From assembly GCF_000150275.1 (NCBI RefSeq), contig NW_002060969.1, positions 434,001 through 498,000 on the forward strand: 64,000 bases of DNA, read 5' to 3'. Numbering within the stretch: position 1 is the first letter of the stretch; every line of letters starts with the position of its first letter. The notes under the pieces are model-generated. The model did no database searches. It had not been told where the DNA came from and saw only the letters and a list, made by a program, of their open reading frames with translations. The stretch is from Trichoplax adhaerens (lineage: Eukaryota; Animalia; Placozoa). The position numbers were made by a program, and so were the translations under genes. Below are positions 51,238-64,000 of the stretch, piece by piece.

Positions 51238-54200
51238 TTACACGGTCGTTTCGCAATCGTCTTTACTCGTCGACTGATTTCGTTTCGTTTCTAACATATT
51301 TCAGGGATAAATAGTAAATTAGAAAATTTAACCTGATTTATTTAAAGTGAATCAATTTCATAACAGGCCACAATCAGCTATTAAGTAGAACCTTGAATAA
51401 GATCCACAACCTCTAAGTAGTTCAATTTAATTGCAAGGCTAAGAGAGGATAGACCCTATCATGAAAAGTTTATAAACGTCAGGAATTTTCTTATCAATTA
51501 ATTATAAACTAAAATCACATATGTTTTAACCATATAATCGGCTATTCCCGTTGCACTAGCACCAGCAGCTAGCATAGCATGAATTATTGACGTGTGTCGA
51601 CAAGCAATGGCACAGTGTAGGCCAGTATGTCCACTATAATCATGCAGATGTATGTTGGTAAGTTAAAGTGCCTTCATGAGATCACATAGTTAAGTAATTT
51701 AAGTATTACGTTCAAAAGCGTAAATGCACTTACAATGTTGTATCAGCTACATTTAAATCCATAGGGGCTACTGGAAAATTAAGTTATTTTGTAAACTCAA
51801 GGAATTAAGAAAAAAATCAAAAACATCAAAAGTACATATCCTACATTTAAGTAATAATATTTTCAGAGTTTGCAACTGTCCATAACAGATAGCATAGTGT
51901 AATGCAGTGCGACCGCCGCTATCAGTAAATGTTGGTGATGCACCGGCTGATAAAAGATTTTCAACCTAATAAGTCAAATTATAAGATGTAAGAGTTGACA
52001 AAACTGTCATAATTACTAAACTAATGTATTTATAGCAAGTATTCAGGTCATGAAATTCTTTCCATTTGTGATTACCTGATTGCAATTACCAGTTCTACAC
52101 GCTTCTAATAGTCCTAAAGATTGACAAAAGTACAAAGATCAGATTTACCATTTTATAATATATAGTTTAAACACGATATACTGCTCGTACTCCTGTTTTT
52201 CAAAGCATTTCCTTCAATCCTAAAATGAAAATCTTGATGCATTAGTCATTTATAATCCATGAATAGATAAATAGGATTTGAATATTCTTTTACATGTGCG
52301 TATTACTGAGTTACTACAAAAACTGATCAAAGTACCTCCGATTTCTTGATTTAGAAGCTTCATTAGATAAGCAAACGTCTATCTCCGGGTCACTACAGAG
52401 TGATTAGTAGATATTAGTTTCGATTATCGACGTATTAAACACTTATTGGTTATAATCAGGAAAAGATATAACTACAATTATACCAACCTTGCAGAGATAA
52501 CGCGATACAGTGATTGATGGTGATCAATTTCCGTAATATCTATAAATATTTATTGCACTTTAAATTAGAGGGATAACGTTTATGAAACTTATCTGAAATA
52601 ACATATTACCTTCAGAATCAGATAATGCGCTACGGCGATTTTCGGGTAATAAATCTAATACATAAATTCCTCCTGTCATATATTCACTAACGGTATGAAA
52701 TACTTCCTGCCAAATTGATTAGGACATAAAAGCAATACAGATACAATTATTATAGTCACTAACCAACCTGTAAAATTATTGTTCATTTCATAAATTTTTA
52801 CATGCACAAGACTGAGAGAAGTTATGGGATATAATTACCTCGCACGGATCAATATGAAAAAAATACTGGGAATATACCCCTAAAACTTTTAATTTAAAAA
52901 ATTGATACTTATTAAGGTACAATCGGTCATGTATCACACACTATATAAAAACACTTATACTTGTATGTCGCAAGTATTACTAACCATCCAAGAAAAACCA
53001 TCTACTCCATAACGTCTCTTTTACTGAATGGTTTTTTCTCTGTTATTATATAAATGAATTTCTACCGGTTACATATCAATCATAATCATTTAAATTTACG
53101 TAAACCGTTATCAGCCAACGATTAGAATTACCCTTAGAAAAAACTTCGTAATACTCGGTCTTGCCTCTTCCAGGCTGCAGGATAACTTTAACTCAAGACA
53201 ACCAATGGTATGGGCTGCAGTACAAACATTGGAGTCAAATTCAAGTTCAAAGAGGTTACACTACATTTATAAATACGTGTACACTGTACAGTGTAATAGT
53301 ACATCGCTATCGTTCATCAAAACAACGTACGCACATTTGGCCTTAATTACTGTGCCGTCATAATAAGCTGCTCTAAAATCAGCCATTGTTACTCTATGAA
53401 CTTTGACTTGCACGACATCACTTGTCGTCGGACGTCTACCGATAGTTTATAAGAATGAGAAATCAGTTACAATTTGCGTCGCAAGGGTTTACACAAGACT
53501 TGCATTTCCGAGACCTACAGTGGCTGATGTCGAGATATCTTTCTCTGATGCCCATAAAGTAATAAAAAGATTTTTAAGCAATTTTATTTTATACAACTTT
53601 ATTATTTAAAGTAATTAAAAACATATTCATTCACCTTCGATCTTTGTAACATCTGAGCTTGATTTCTAATTGACACGCGAATTATTGATGGAGCTAATCG
53701 ACATGGCTCTAACGTTAGAAACACAATTAAGTCGAAAATTTCTATAAGTTTGAGATGGGTAACAAATATATGGTATTGCATTATAATTATCATTACCTCC
53801 ATCAACCTGTACCGGTAACACCTTGAAAGTAGTTATTTTAACAGTACGGCACTGAGTAATGCGCTCGCCATGTCCCCCAACAAACAGACCCGCCTTAGTA
53901 AGCATAAAATGATTTAGTTCAGAAGGGAGACTGGTAACAATTGTTTTGTAATATAGTTATAAAATGAATTGAAAAGCAAGAAATAACCAGTGATGATGCT
54001 GTTAATCCAACCACTTCCAAGTAACCGTCATCAAATCGCTGTGCTCTAAATGTCTGTAAACGATTTGTGATATTAAAATGATTATAGTTCACGTTTTTTA
54101 ACAGATTCATTAATAAATACGTACAGGATAGTCTCGAGGATTAGGATTACCCCAAGGGGTTGTACCGGCTCCATACCTAGGGATATCATAACTAAATTTA

Positions 54201-57200
54201 TACTTACTAACATGTATAATATACAGCCGAGTTTTATCCTACTTCGATATGTTTAATAGAGCCAAGGCGCATAACTTTAATTCTCGAACTTTTGGCGTTA
54301 AGTCTTCTCCATCACACTTTATGGAATAGTTCAATAAAATAAAATTAGTTAGATAAAGCCAATTAAAAGATAGGAAATCATAAGATTAGTCATCGACGGT
54401 AACAACCTCAAGAGTGATATTATCGACTAAATCTCTTGATTTCCATTGAAATAGACCCCTTCCGCCAGCCTGACAAATTCCGATGCAAAAATATCATCAA
54501 TGCAGCGTAAAATATAGAAATGTTATTCTTAGCATCAGGAATATTTGGATACCCCGGCATAAAACATTTTGTTTTTAATTCTGCTATTGAATTTCTCTGG
54601 ATTGGCTTCTGTAGTTGTTAACCAAAATTGATTGTTATACAGATCGTCAAGCTAAATACAGCAATTACACTTCAGTTGTAAAGATTATCGTATATTACCT
54701 CTGCTTTCGTGAAAGTCGAGGGTAGTTTGAGCGTCAACACCCAAACTAAAGTAATTGTTCATTACATTTATAGGAAGCTGTAATAACAGTTAAAATATAT
54801 AGCTTTTACACATTTATCACGTTAGCATTTAGGTAAAAAAGTTCTCAACATTACTCTAACTGGTGCATCCTCTGCACTTAAATCATAACGTGCTTTCAAG
54901 TTCCTCTGGACTTTTAGATTCCACCTTTATACATTTATCGTATGTTCATAAAATTTCGATAAATGCAATAAACGTTGTCAGTTAGTATTATGACGATCAA
55001 AGATTTTTATAATAGATTTAGGTGACGTCGAAGAAAAATAACCTGTCGAGCTGAATTATTTGCCCTTCATTTACATACTGGAGGATTTTGTCAACGGATT
55101 CGTCGCCATAGCCCTGTCGAAACGGTAGAATCAGAGCAAGATTGAAAGTTATTACTATGGAAATTAAATATCGTATTAACAGTAAATTTGATTTAAAACT
55201 TACTGCACCCCAGTATAGTGTTCTCGATAAGTCGTTTCCTGTTCCTAAGGGTAATATTGCGACAGGAGGCCTAGGATTAATATCTAAACTATCCAGCGTA
55301 GCAAGTATCCAACCAACCTGAACAAAGTTACCATGTATATATATATCGAATTAATTACGCATCAAACTTAGGTCACTAATACACTAAGAGAAAATTTTAA
55401 TGCAAACAATTGTAAATTATCAGTTTAATGGGCTTACAGTTCCATCTCCACCACATACAAGTATTTGCAAGTTGGGTGCTTTGCGATAAAACTCCAGACT
55501 AAAAGATTTATATAATAAATTATAGTGGCTGCTAAAAATCTAACTAAAATAAGCTTAGAAGTAAAGTATATAGTACTACACACGCAGGTTCAGGTCCGCC
55601 TTGTTGTGATAAGTCAAAAACCTAAATGTTAATAGATTTTTATTATCTAATTAGCATTTGAGAAGAGATGTATCATCATTGCAATATTTCAGCTACAAAT
55701 TCGTCAAGGATAAAGAAATACGATAATTATAATTATTCTGACCTGACGTGGATTAAGTAACCAATGGAACTGATGCAAAATTTTAGCTCCCTACTCGTAA
55801 AAGAAAAATAAATCAAGTTTATAGGTCTTAACAAAAATTGTCAGTTTTGACGATACCTGATTTCCCCCGCTTTTAGGGTTTATAAAAACGAGAAGAGGCT
55901 TATTACTTGTTGAGGTAATCGGTTTTAGCTAAAGAATGGGTATTAAAATTTCACAAGGGATGTAAAATAATGAATTTCAACAAACAGCTTCACATACAAA
56001 CCGTGAAAGCAGAGTGAATGGAATTTTCCTAAATAAAGAAATTAAGGAATTCATTAGATGAACTTATCTTACTGTTAATTCGAAAGTACTAGAACCGTAA
56101 ATAGTAATTATGAAGTAGAAATTACCTTCTTATTGCGCGGTTTCTGTTTGTGCTTGATATCGTCATTTATCTACCCACAAAAGCAAGAAAAAATAGTTGA
56201 TATTGGTATATTTGATAAACTTTAATATAATTAACTAGACTCTTACGCAAGGAATTTTAACTAGCCAAGAAGGAGGAACTATTTGATTCGCGAGCTGACC
56301 AAAGTTGCATTCTTCATTTAGTAAATCTAATGTCCAACATGGCTCTTTCATATGATACTAAAAGAATACTAATGCTTAATTAAAGAAGTAACATAATCGT
56401 CTTTACATAAATTTCTGGTAAAAACTTTGGCATTACAGAAACTTTACACCAAGAGCAGATAATGGCGACGAAGTCCTATTTTAGAAAAATGATATTTAAG
56501 ATAGGATTTTCAAGAAAGATATTGACTAACACTCACCCTTGATGTTTGGAAAAAGAATCCTTGTTGGGATAGAGACTTTAAAAGTAGGGCAGCAAAGAAA
56601 GCGAAATATATAGTAAATAGCAAAGAAAACAGAAGCCTCCCTAAAGCAAAATATTATTATATGATACCTTGTTACATTTGCTACATTTACCACTTAGTTT
56701 CTTACGTTTAACCCAATGATGACCATATATCGTCTAAAACACACAAATGTTTAAATGTGATTTTACAATCGCATAAGATTATACTTTTTCGGATTAATAA
56801 ATATTAGGGTGAGCACCCATAAATTTAGCTTCAAATTATAATATTGTGAGAACTATTTATGATACAAACTGTAAATCTGATTTCTGTCATATAGCCAGAG
56901 ATTAAAAACCATTCAGGAAAATATAACAAAACGGGAATTTACTTGAGTAGCTATAGTATATTCACCTCTTTATCGCCTTTTTGAGCAGGATCATAAAAAG
57001 TCGGTCTACAGTAAATATCGTTCTAGAAAAGTACGGGTAGAAAGTCTCATTTAGTTTTGAGATAATGTTATTCAACATATCGCTAATTACAAAATAGTTG
57101 CAATCTCGTGACATTAGCCTATTGCTGTTGACGTCGATATTCTGCTTATTACCTTGTATAACATAGGGATACAATCGACATGAGTTACAATCTTGCAAGC

Positions 57201-59375
57201 TAAATAAAAATTCAGTTTATTTAAGATCACGGTAGACACAGGTAAAAAGAAATTTAAAATTACCAACGCATCTTTTCCTTAGATTTGATTTCTAAAGTGA
57301 AACATTCAAAAATTTTTAGCATAGGTAATTAATTGATATGAGTACAGTATGAACTTTGTGCGCGTAATAGGAAGTAACTTTGATAACTGATAAACATAAT
57401 TTTACAAGCATTGACATGGCAAATTCTTAAAGATAGTTTAGAGAATTGTATTTCTTGCAGATGAAATCGTACAGTGATTTATCTTATACTTTTAGGCTAT
57501 ACCTATTCTAAAACTCACTTACCTGACAATGCTCATTATCAATATCATTCATATAACAGTTATGGCCCGAGTCATAATCTATCCAAATGTGAGTTCCACT
57601 TTCGGCGGTTTCCTTTTAAATGAGTAAATGGTCAATAATACATTTTTGTTCACTGAAGATACATAATTATGAGTATACTGTATAAGTGTAGTAAATTAGA
57701 AAAAACTGATGTACTGTAACATTTCCCTAATAGGGCAAGGAGTAAAAGAACTAATAAACAATTCGCGGAAATTGCTTAAAAGCAGTATTATAAAAGTACA
57801 ATAATGAATTCTGAAATTAATTAGCTACTAGCTAGTGCCTTTAGTTAGTGGAGGACTTTTCATTAAAGCATTATGAAAATATTACTGTTACTATTATAGC
57901 TATCGATAAAATCAAATTTGGCAGATGTCACATTCATTACGATAGTAGTATTTACGGATAATATAAGATAAAGATACCATCTATAAATTTTACCCCACAT
58001 ATCGTAACTTAGCACTGTTACAGGCAATTTCTTCAATTAGATTTCAGTAGGTAAGTTACCCGCACGATATTACTAATACATCACTTTCCAATACACTAGT
58101 ACCGTTTGCTGTATGTAATACTATAAATATTCGAGTTATTATCAACTTACACTCCAATCGACAAAATCCTGTATTGTCTGAAAGGGAGTCGTACCAACGA
58201 CGTCAGATTCTGCATCTTCCTCATCACTTGATTCCGAAGCATTAACGTCATTGGCTTGGCTTATAGCTTTCCTATGATTATATATCATTTAACATAGGTA
58301 AAAAACAAAGAACTGACATTACTGAATTGAAATTAATCTAGGTTACGTACTGTACAGTACGTATGTATGTATGTTATGTTGCACATAGCATTATGCCACG
58401 AAGCATATTGATAACATTTTTAATGTTTGCAATTTAATGCCGTATGTGAAGTGCGTTAACAAATTGAAACTAAAACGGTATCTTAAAAGTTTAATATAAG
58501 AGCTCTATTATTATTACTAATCGCTAAAATAAAGGCTATTTGCGAAAGCATCCATTCATGATTTGATTATATAATATACGAGTTGTGTATATATATAATT
58601 CCTAATAATTTTCCTATAACTTAGATGATCAACTGAATAGTCTACTATATCCATAGTCTGATTGTATACCGAGTGCTCTTTATGTCCGCAAAAAAGTGCG
58701 AGATAATCGGAAGGACCGAATTATTTTAGTTTTTTCTTTCTTATAGTGGTCTCTGCTATAAATTGACTTGTCGCATTACAGTATTTTGAGGACTGTGATA
58801 ATAATAATGATTTAATTAACCACGTACAGTACAATACTGGTGTAATAATACTTTACTACTGTTTGATACTTGCTAGTTGCTACAATCAGCCACTACTTTC
58901 TCTTAATTGTCCGTGTTACAATGAACTAGCTGAACCCGCACAGTGTACTGTACATATTTTGCGCATTTACGCGTACAGTATACCAGTTCATACAAGAAAA
59001 TTTTTGCCCTTTTAAAGTAGTGGGAAGGCCCCTTTTTTATACAGTAGTCCATGTTACACTACAGTATACTGCACATTTTATTTAAACTGTTGGTGCATCG
59101 TAAATTGCAGTTAAAGCACTACCAAGTAAACCCCTACAAGCAACCCAAACCGGGTTTGCTTCGGTGATCTGATGTATAAAATATTGTAAAAGGTATGAAT
59201 ATTCAGAAAACGCAGTCAGTAAAATTAAAAGACATGTACTGTACTGTACAGTACATAAATCAATGCGTGCCAAATTATAGCAACTGTAAACCTTGTCACA
59301 CTTATGCGCCCGCTTGTATTACGTTCGCACGTATTCGTATAGCGTAGTATCCGGGCTTTTTGCAGTCGTCTTCAT
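51238..59375 (-). CDS. DGKZ: Type IV diacylglycerol kinase (DGK zeta/iota, rdgA-like)
   Basis: VDWSE..GTHIW, two C1 domains ([16 protein letters not shown]), catalytic [38 protein letters not shown] and [12 protein letters not shown], ankyrin repeats ([16 protein letters not shown]) and C-terminal DDCETTV*. The first exon (upstream of about 58272) is uncertain. Confidence 0.92.
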
Positions 59376-59499
59376 ACAGCAAATAGCTTACTGCAAGTAC
59401 AGTCTACAAGTAAGTGCAAAGTTTTTCTGGAATAGATTTTGCACGTTTCAAAACAAATCGTCGTGAATATCACTCATTAGTCATAACCCAGTACCGTAA

Positions 59500-61385
59500 T
59501 GTACTGTATTTCAGTAAGTACTGACGTACTGTACACTTACTAACACCGTAATGTGTAGTACTGTACTGTACACTGTACTGCATTTCCTCCATAAACTATA
59601 CAAAAAAAGATGAAATTTGTAGTTAGATGATGATTAATAAGATCGCCACCCCCCCTTGACACTACGACTTTACACTCAATTTAAATTGCAAAAGCTGCGA
59701 TCTCACTAAATCTGCCCCTCCTAATCATTGCGCTGCAAGTGTACGTGACATACTGTAAGTGAAATTCAAAAACAGTGAACCCTACAATACCAGAATAATC
59801 ACTTGCCAACACAGTTTTGTAAAGTTTCTTAACGTTCTGCCCATATAACTATTTAAAATTTAAATCATCTTGTATCTTCGTCGTATACAGTGCCCTAGTC
59901 CTAACCCTAACATCATGTATATATTACAATATCTTAGCTATATATGTCTACCGTTACCTTATAATTTACGTTATCTTCATACACTTCGTAGTAATGTTAA
60001 CACTGCTTTACAGTTAATAATGACACTCCTTGGATTACAGCTTAGTAATACTGTACCTAAATGGCTTTTGTTTTCTCTTCTTGGTATTCTCTTTTCGCTT
60101 GGTAGGCATACTTGGCACTTGAACTGGTGAATTGTAATTCATTCTGTTTGTCTCTCCGAAGTTATGAGTTGCTATAATTAACTGTTGTACTGTGGATGCT
60201 ATATGAGTTCCACCAACACCATCATCCTTGTCGACCATTATCCAATGAAATATGTCAAGACGAGTTTACTACATTTAAACATAAAACTAGCACAATTAAT
60301 AGTGTATTTAGACTACTACTGTGTGGAACTATTGATCAAGCAATACGGAACCGTGTTTACTGAATGAAGTGTAGGTATGCTTTGAAATTTACAAACTTGC
60401 ACTAATCACTACCATCTAATAAGGATTTCGTTACTTTTAGCAAATCGAGATGTCGGTAATTCTTATACTGTGCAGTATAAGATAAGTTATTAATACAATA
60501 TACAGTATACTGTACACTATACAGGTACAATACCGTATAATTAATTAACAAGAAGTTCTTATAACAGCTTATGCTTGTGCGCAGTACAGTTATTTTTACT
60601 GTACTGTACTGTACAGTGTACACTAGGCCCAGCCATAATAACCCCGATTACTCAGATACTCAGCGTAAATAGCTTATACTGTACGATGATACATTATTCT
60701 AAGAGTCTTGTACAGTACCGTACAGTACTGTAAATAAAATGATAAAATTCATTTTATACTGTACAGTACAAGTGTACAGTGTACAGTACTGTACAGTACA
60801 TAAACATGGAATTATTAAGTTGAGTTGTTGTACAGTACAGTACAGTATGTGGCTACAGTACCAAAATTCGCGCTTTCACTTCTCTACAGTACAAGTTCCC
60901 ATCCTTAATTTATCCAAATACAGTACTGTACAGTACGAACTCTATCCATGGTGGACCTTTTCGTACCACATTACTCGGTCAAGTTTGCCTGCACGTTTCG
61001 CTGTGCAGATTACCTTTTCAGTTTTTCTCGCAGTTTTTGCATGAAGATCAATACACTTTACAGTAAAGTATACAGTATACTCTACGTTGGCCTTTTTCGT
61101 ACTACAGTACTGTACCGTACTGTACGGCACTACAATTTTTAGTTCGCTATCATACCCTCCTGTTTCGGAATCCGATCAAGCACTCTACGGCTCATAGTGT
61201 TCCTTAAAAAGTTCATCGTGTGAACATACCTTTAAAAAATAACTCCCGGCTTTTACGTATTGTACAGTACAGTACAGTACGTACAGTAGAGCGTTGAAAT
61301 TGTACCGTACTACACTTTTGTCCACTTTTTTTTATCTGAAATCAAAAGAGCTATACAAAACTGTACAGTACAGTACAGTCTTTGC
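59500..61385. repeat. (TACAG)n/(CTGTA)n arrays in the divergent region between DGK and the 62.2-kb orphan gene
   Basis: Clusters at about 59500-59580, 60580-60935, 61060-61125 and 61260-61380. Confidence 0.85.
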
Positions 61386-62201
61386 TGTAACTCCAGCCAT
61401 ACACTGCTCAACTAAGATTTCCTCCCCCTCAAAGTCGTAACCCCAAATTTTCCCTTATAGCGCACTGTAATATAACAGGGTATCTTAAATGTTAGGTATT
61501 GCCGTATAGTACACGTAGTGTAGAAGATCTCTTACAGAGTATAAAGAAAGGTTAAACCCTAAAAGCCCAAAAATCGAAATTGGAAATTTATGAAAAGTAA
61601 ATTTTTGTAAATACAGTATATACTGATGTACCAATAGAATTGCCTTGTTTACAGTATTATACGCATAGCTTACTAAAATTTAACCTACAATTGTTCTTCA
61701 TACTACTCCTTTTACTTTCATTGGTAACATTTTGTGATTGTTTCGTAAACGCCCGGCAGTATACTACGTGTAGCGAACACTTCATGATAGTAAATTTCTA
61801 TTGTTCTTGATTCTTGTATTTATTAGAGGCATGCATAAGAATACAGTCTCACGCATAACAATAAAAAAGAAAGAAGAAGATTGTGTACTATACTGTATGT
61901 TGCTACAACAATTACCATTCCGTAAAGTACTGTATCGCAAATTCAAAGTTTCATCAATAGTTATATTCTTTAAATATAGATGTTTTTAAACATTTCTAAG
62001 TACTAACTTAATTTGCCAGAAAATATTTGACCGATTTCGGACGATTTCATGGCATTTATAGAATGAAAGGATTGTTTTGCGCTTGAGAACTACAAGTATC
62101 ATCGTTAATAAACGATTACGAAGCAATATAAATTATGAGGTAATGGCACGTTTTACATATACGGGTATATACTTAACTGCATTAATTTCAACGAATATAC
62201 T

Positions 62202-63489
62202 ATGAAAAGGCAAGAGGTACGAAAGTATCTTAAATTGATTAATCAATCTCAAGACAGCGAACTGGCAGTGAAGAGTAGCATTGGACCAACAATTAACACA
62301 ATTGAAGGCAGTCGAAGTGTAGCAAATAAAATATATGATATTTCTAATTTCGGTAACAAACGTCCAGAGCATTTAATTTCGAATACTTCGAAAGCGATTC
62401 CCAAACATCAAATAGTTACTGATAAAAATACTATCATTTTGCAAAAAGATGAAGAAGTCCAGAAAGAGTTGAAACAATATGATGCTTTTCAGCTTCAAGT
62501 CGGTAATGATGCCGCAGTTGACGCCGTGAATAAGCGAAACTTTGGTAAACCATTCATTCAGACGAAAAACCAAAGAGGAACCCCTCTTTTTATTGCAGAT
62601 TACTGTTCATATACTAATTCACAAAACAGTGATGATCTAAATTCTCCCAAACTGAGCATAAATCAAGAATTACATGACGTAAATTCCAAGAGGAAGCTTC
62701 TCTTCACTCGCACTGCAGTTAGTAAAAATTCACACCGTATCCTTATGATGCCTGATCGCTTTCCTGTAAAAAATCCTCCCTCAACTAATAATCTAATGCT
62801 AAATAGAAGAAAAGACATTAAAAATGAAAGACCGACAACAGCAATAAAGTTACCGTGGAATATAGAAGACAAGATACATATATGTTTGGAAAAAAAGTGT
62901 GATAATATTCTTAATCGTAACAGATACATTTCAACTATCAAAAGCAATAATTTACGGCAAAATCGAAAAAGCGATGTCAGGCCTGATCCGATTTTTCCAG
63001 TAATAAGTCACTTAGTAACAGCTAAAAAGCATTCAAGATTCATATGTAATCGCAATAGTAGACAAAATAATTCATGTCCAAATACACGTACATCATCCTA
63101 TGTCCCTTCTGCTTCCGGAGGGATGTTTAGATTAAACCCTGCACCAATGACTAAGGAATTAAAGGAGAAAATTCTCTTAGAAAAGGAATTATATGAAGCG
63201 GACTTTGCTAAAGAAATTAAAATCGATACCGTTCTTCAGGTCTTAGATTTATCTGGTGAGTTATAAATATAACTAAAGATATCAAATATCATTATTTTGT
63301 TTTGTTACCAAAATAATAACTGCTCTAACCGTCTTAATTTCTTTCTGTACTTATACAGATTCAATTAAATCATCTGTAAAATCGAGAATCAATAAGAATA
63401 GAAAAAAAACTTTCCGACAAAATGTTCGATTTAGTCAGAATATGATCGAAATTTTTGAGTACTGGCCTCATTCCCCAATCCTACCATGA
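62202..63489 (+). CDS. Uncharacterised basic N/K-rich protein with a C-terminal PP1-docking-like motif (2 exons)
   Basis: Long ORF 62202-63255 with donor G|GTGAG, spliced in frame to 63359-63489 (DSIKSSVKSRINKNRKKTFRQNVRFSQNMIEIFEYWPHSPILP*). Confidence 0.75.
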
Positions 63490-64000
63490 AGATCTATAAT
63501 AATTCGGACTTCAGTATTTGTAGTAAGCCCCGATTTTTCTTCTATCATTTAAACAGTTTTAATCTTAAATCCTATTCCCGTACTAAGTAAAGCGTCCTAT
63601 TATCTAAATCTAACTTAATGTGACCTTTTCATTTAGCCTCTTTTTTAATCGTAATGCGAAAAAATATACAATGTGATATGCATACCGAGACCGCCGTACA
63701 TTACTCTATACGACTTCAATTAGTAGCACAATTTACCTCAAAATATCAATTGCATGTATTGTCTGAACAACTAATAAACTACACAACTCGTATTAGGTAT
63801 CAAAAATATATAAAGTAAATCGTTCATTTAAATTTTCGCAGTAAGACGAATTTAGCACTAACTTCATAGATAATAATTATACGGGTATATCATTGGTGAG
63901 ATTGTTGTGTTAAAGGATAGCAATAAAATGGCGAATTTCAATTCGAGAATATTTTTAAAACAGCGAACTACTCTTTCTTACTCAAGGCACTACAATAGTA

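Noticed and set aside
54540-54552. GTATCC donor in DGK as a U12 intron
   Set aside because: It continues with AAA rather than TTT, and no CCTTAAC-like branch point lies near the acceptor.
62133-62947. Antisense ORFs over the 354-aa ORF, and similar ones over the SEL1, MANSC, Rab21 and DGK genes
   Set aside because: Shadow ORFs of the real coding strand.

Overview
AT-rich eukaryotic genomic DNA with many short GT-AG introns and one assembly gap (42270-42606). The compact animal-type gene set suggests a non-bilaterian such as the placozoan Trichoplax (inferred, not proven). Manual splicing supports Rab21, ArfGAP2/3, proteasome alpha-1 (PSMA1), an intronless SEL1-repeat gene, CCDC34, a MANSC1-like membrane protein, Rabin8/RAB3IP, CCT2, ZNF593 and a type IV diacylglycerol kinase. 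There are also several orphan genes and a partial, possibly CNOT2-like gene at the left edge. Most short ORFs in the supplied track (the YSTVQ/CTVLY-rich ones) are artefacts of (TACAG)n/(CTGTA)n arrays. Main observations: (1) these self-complementary 5-bp arrays are concentrated at 5' ends and divergent promoters of housekeeping-type genes, with shared short motifs and TIR-like hairpins in or near them; (2) an unannotated micro-exon gene at about 35.6-41.7 kb encodes a signal peptide, an acidic pro-region and probably a Cys-rich mature peptide, behind a TATA-type promoter with no array; (3) PSMA1 carries a candidate U12-type AT-AG intron; (4) the gene content matches human 11p/12q genes.
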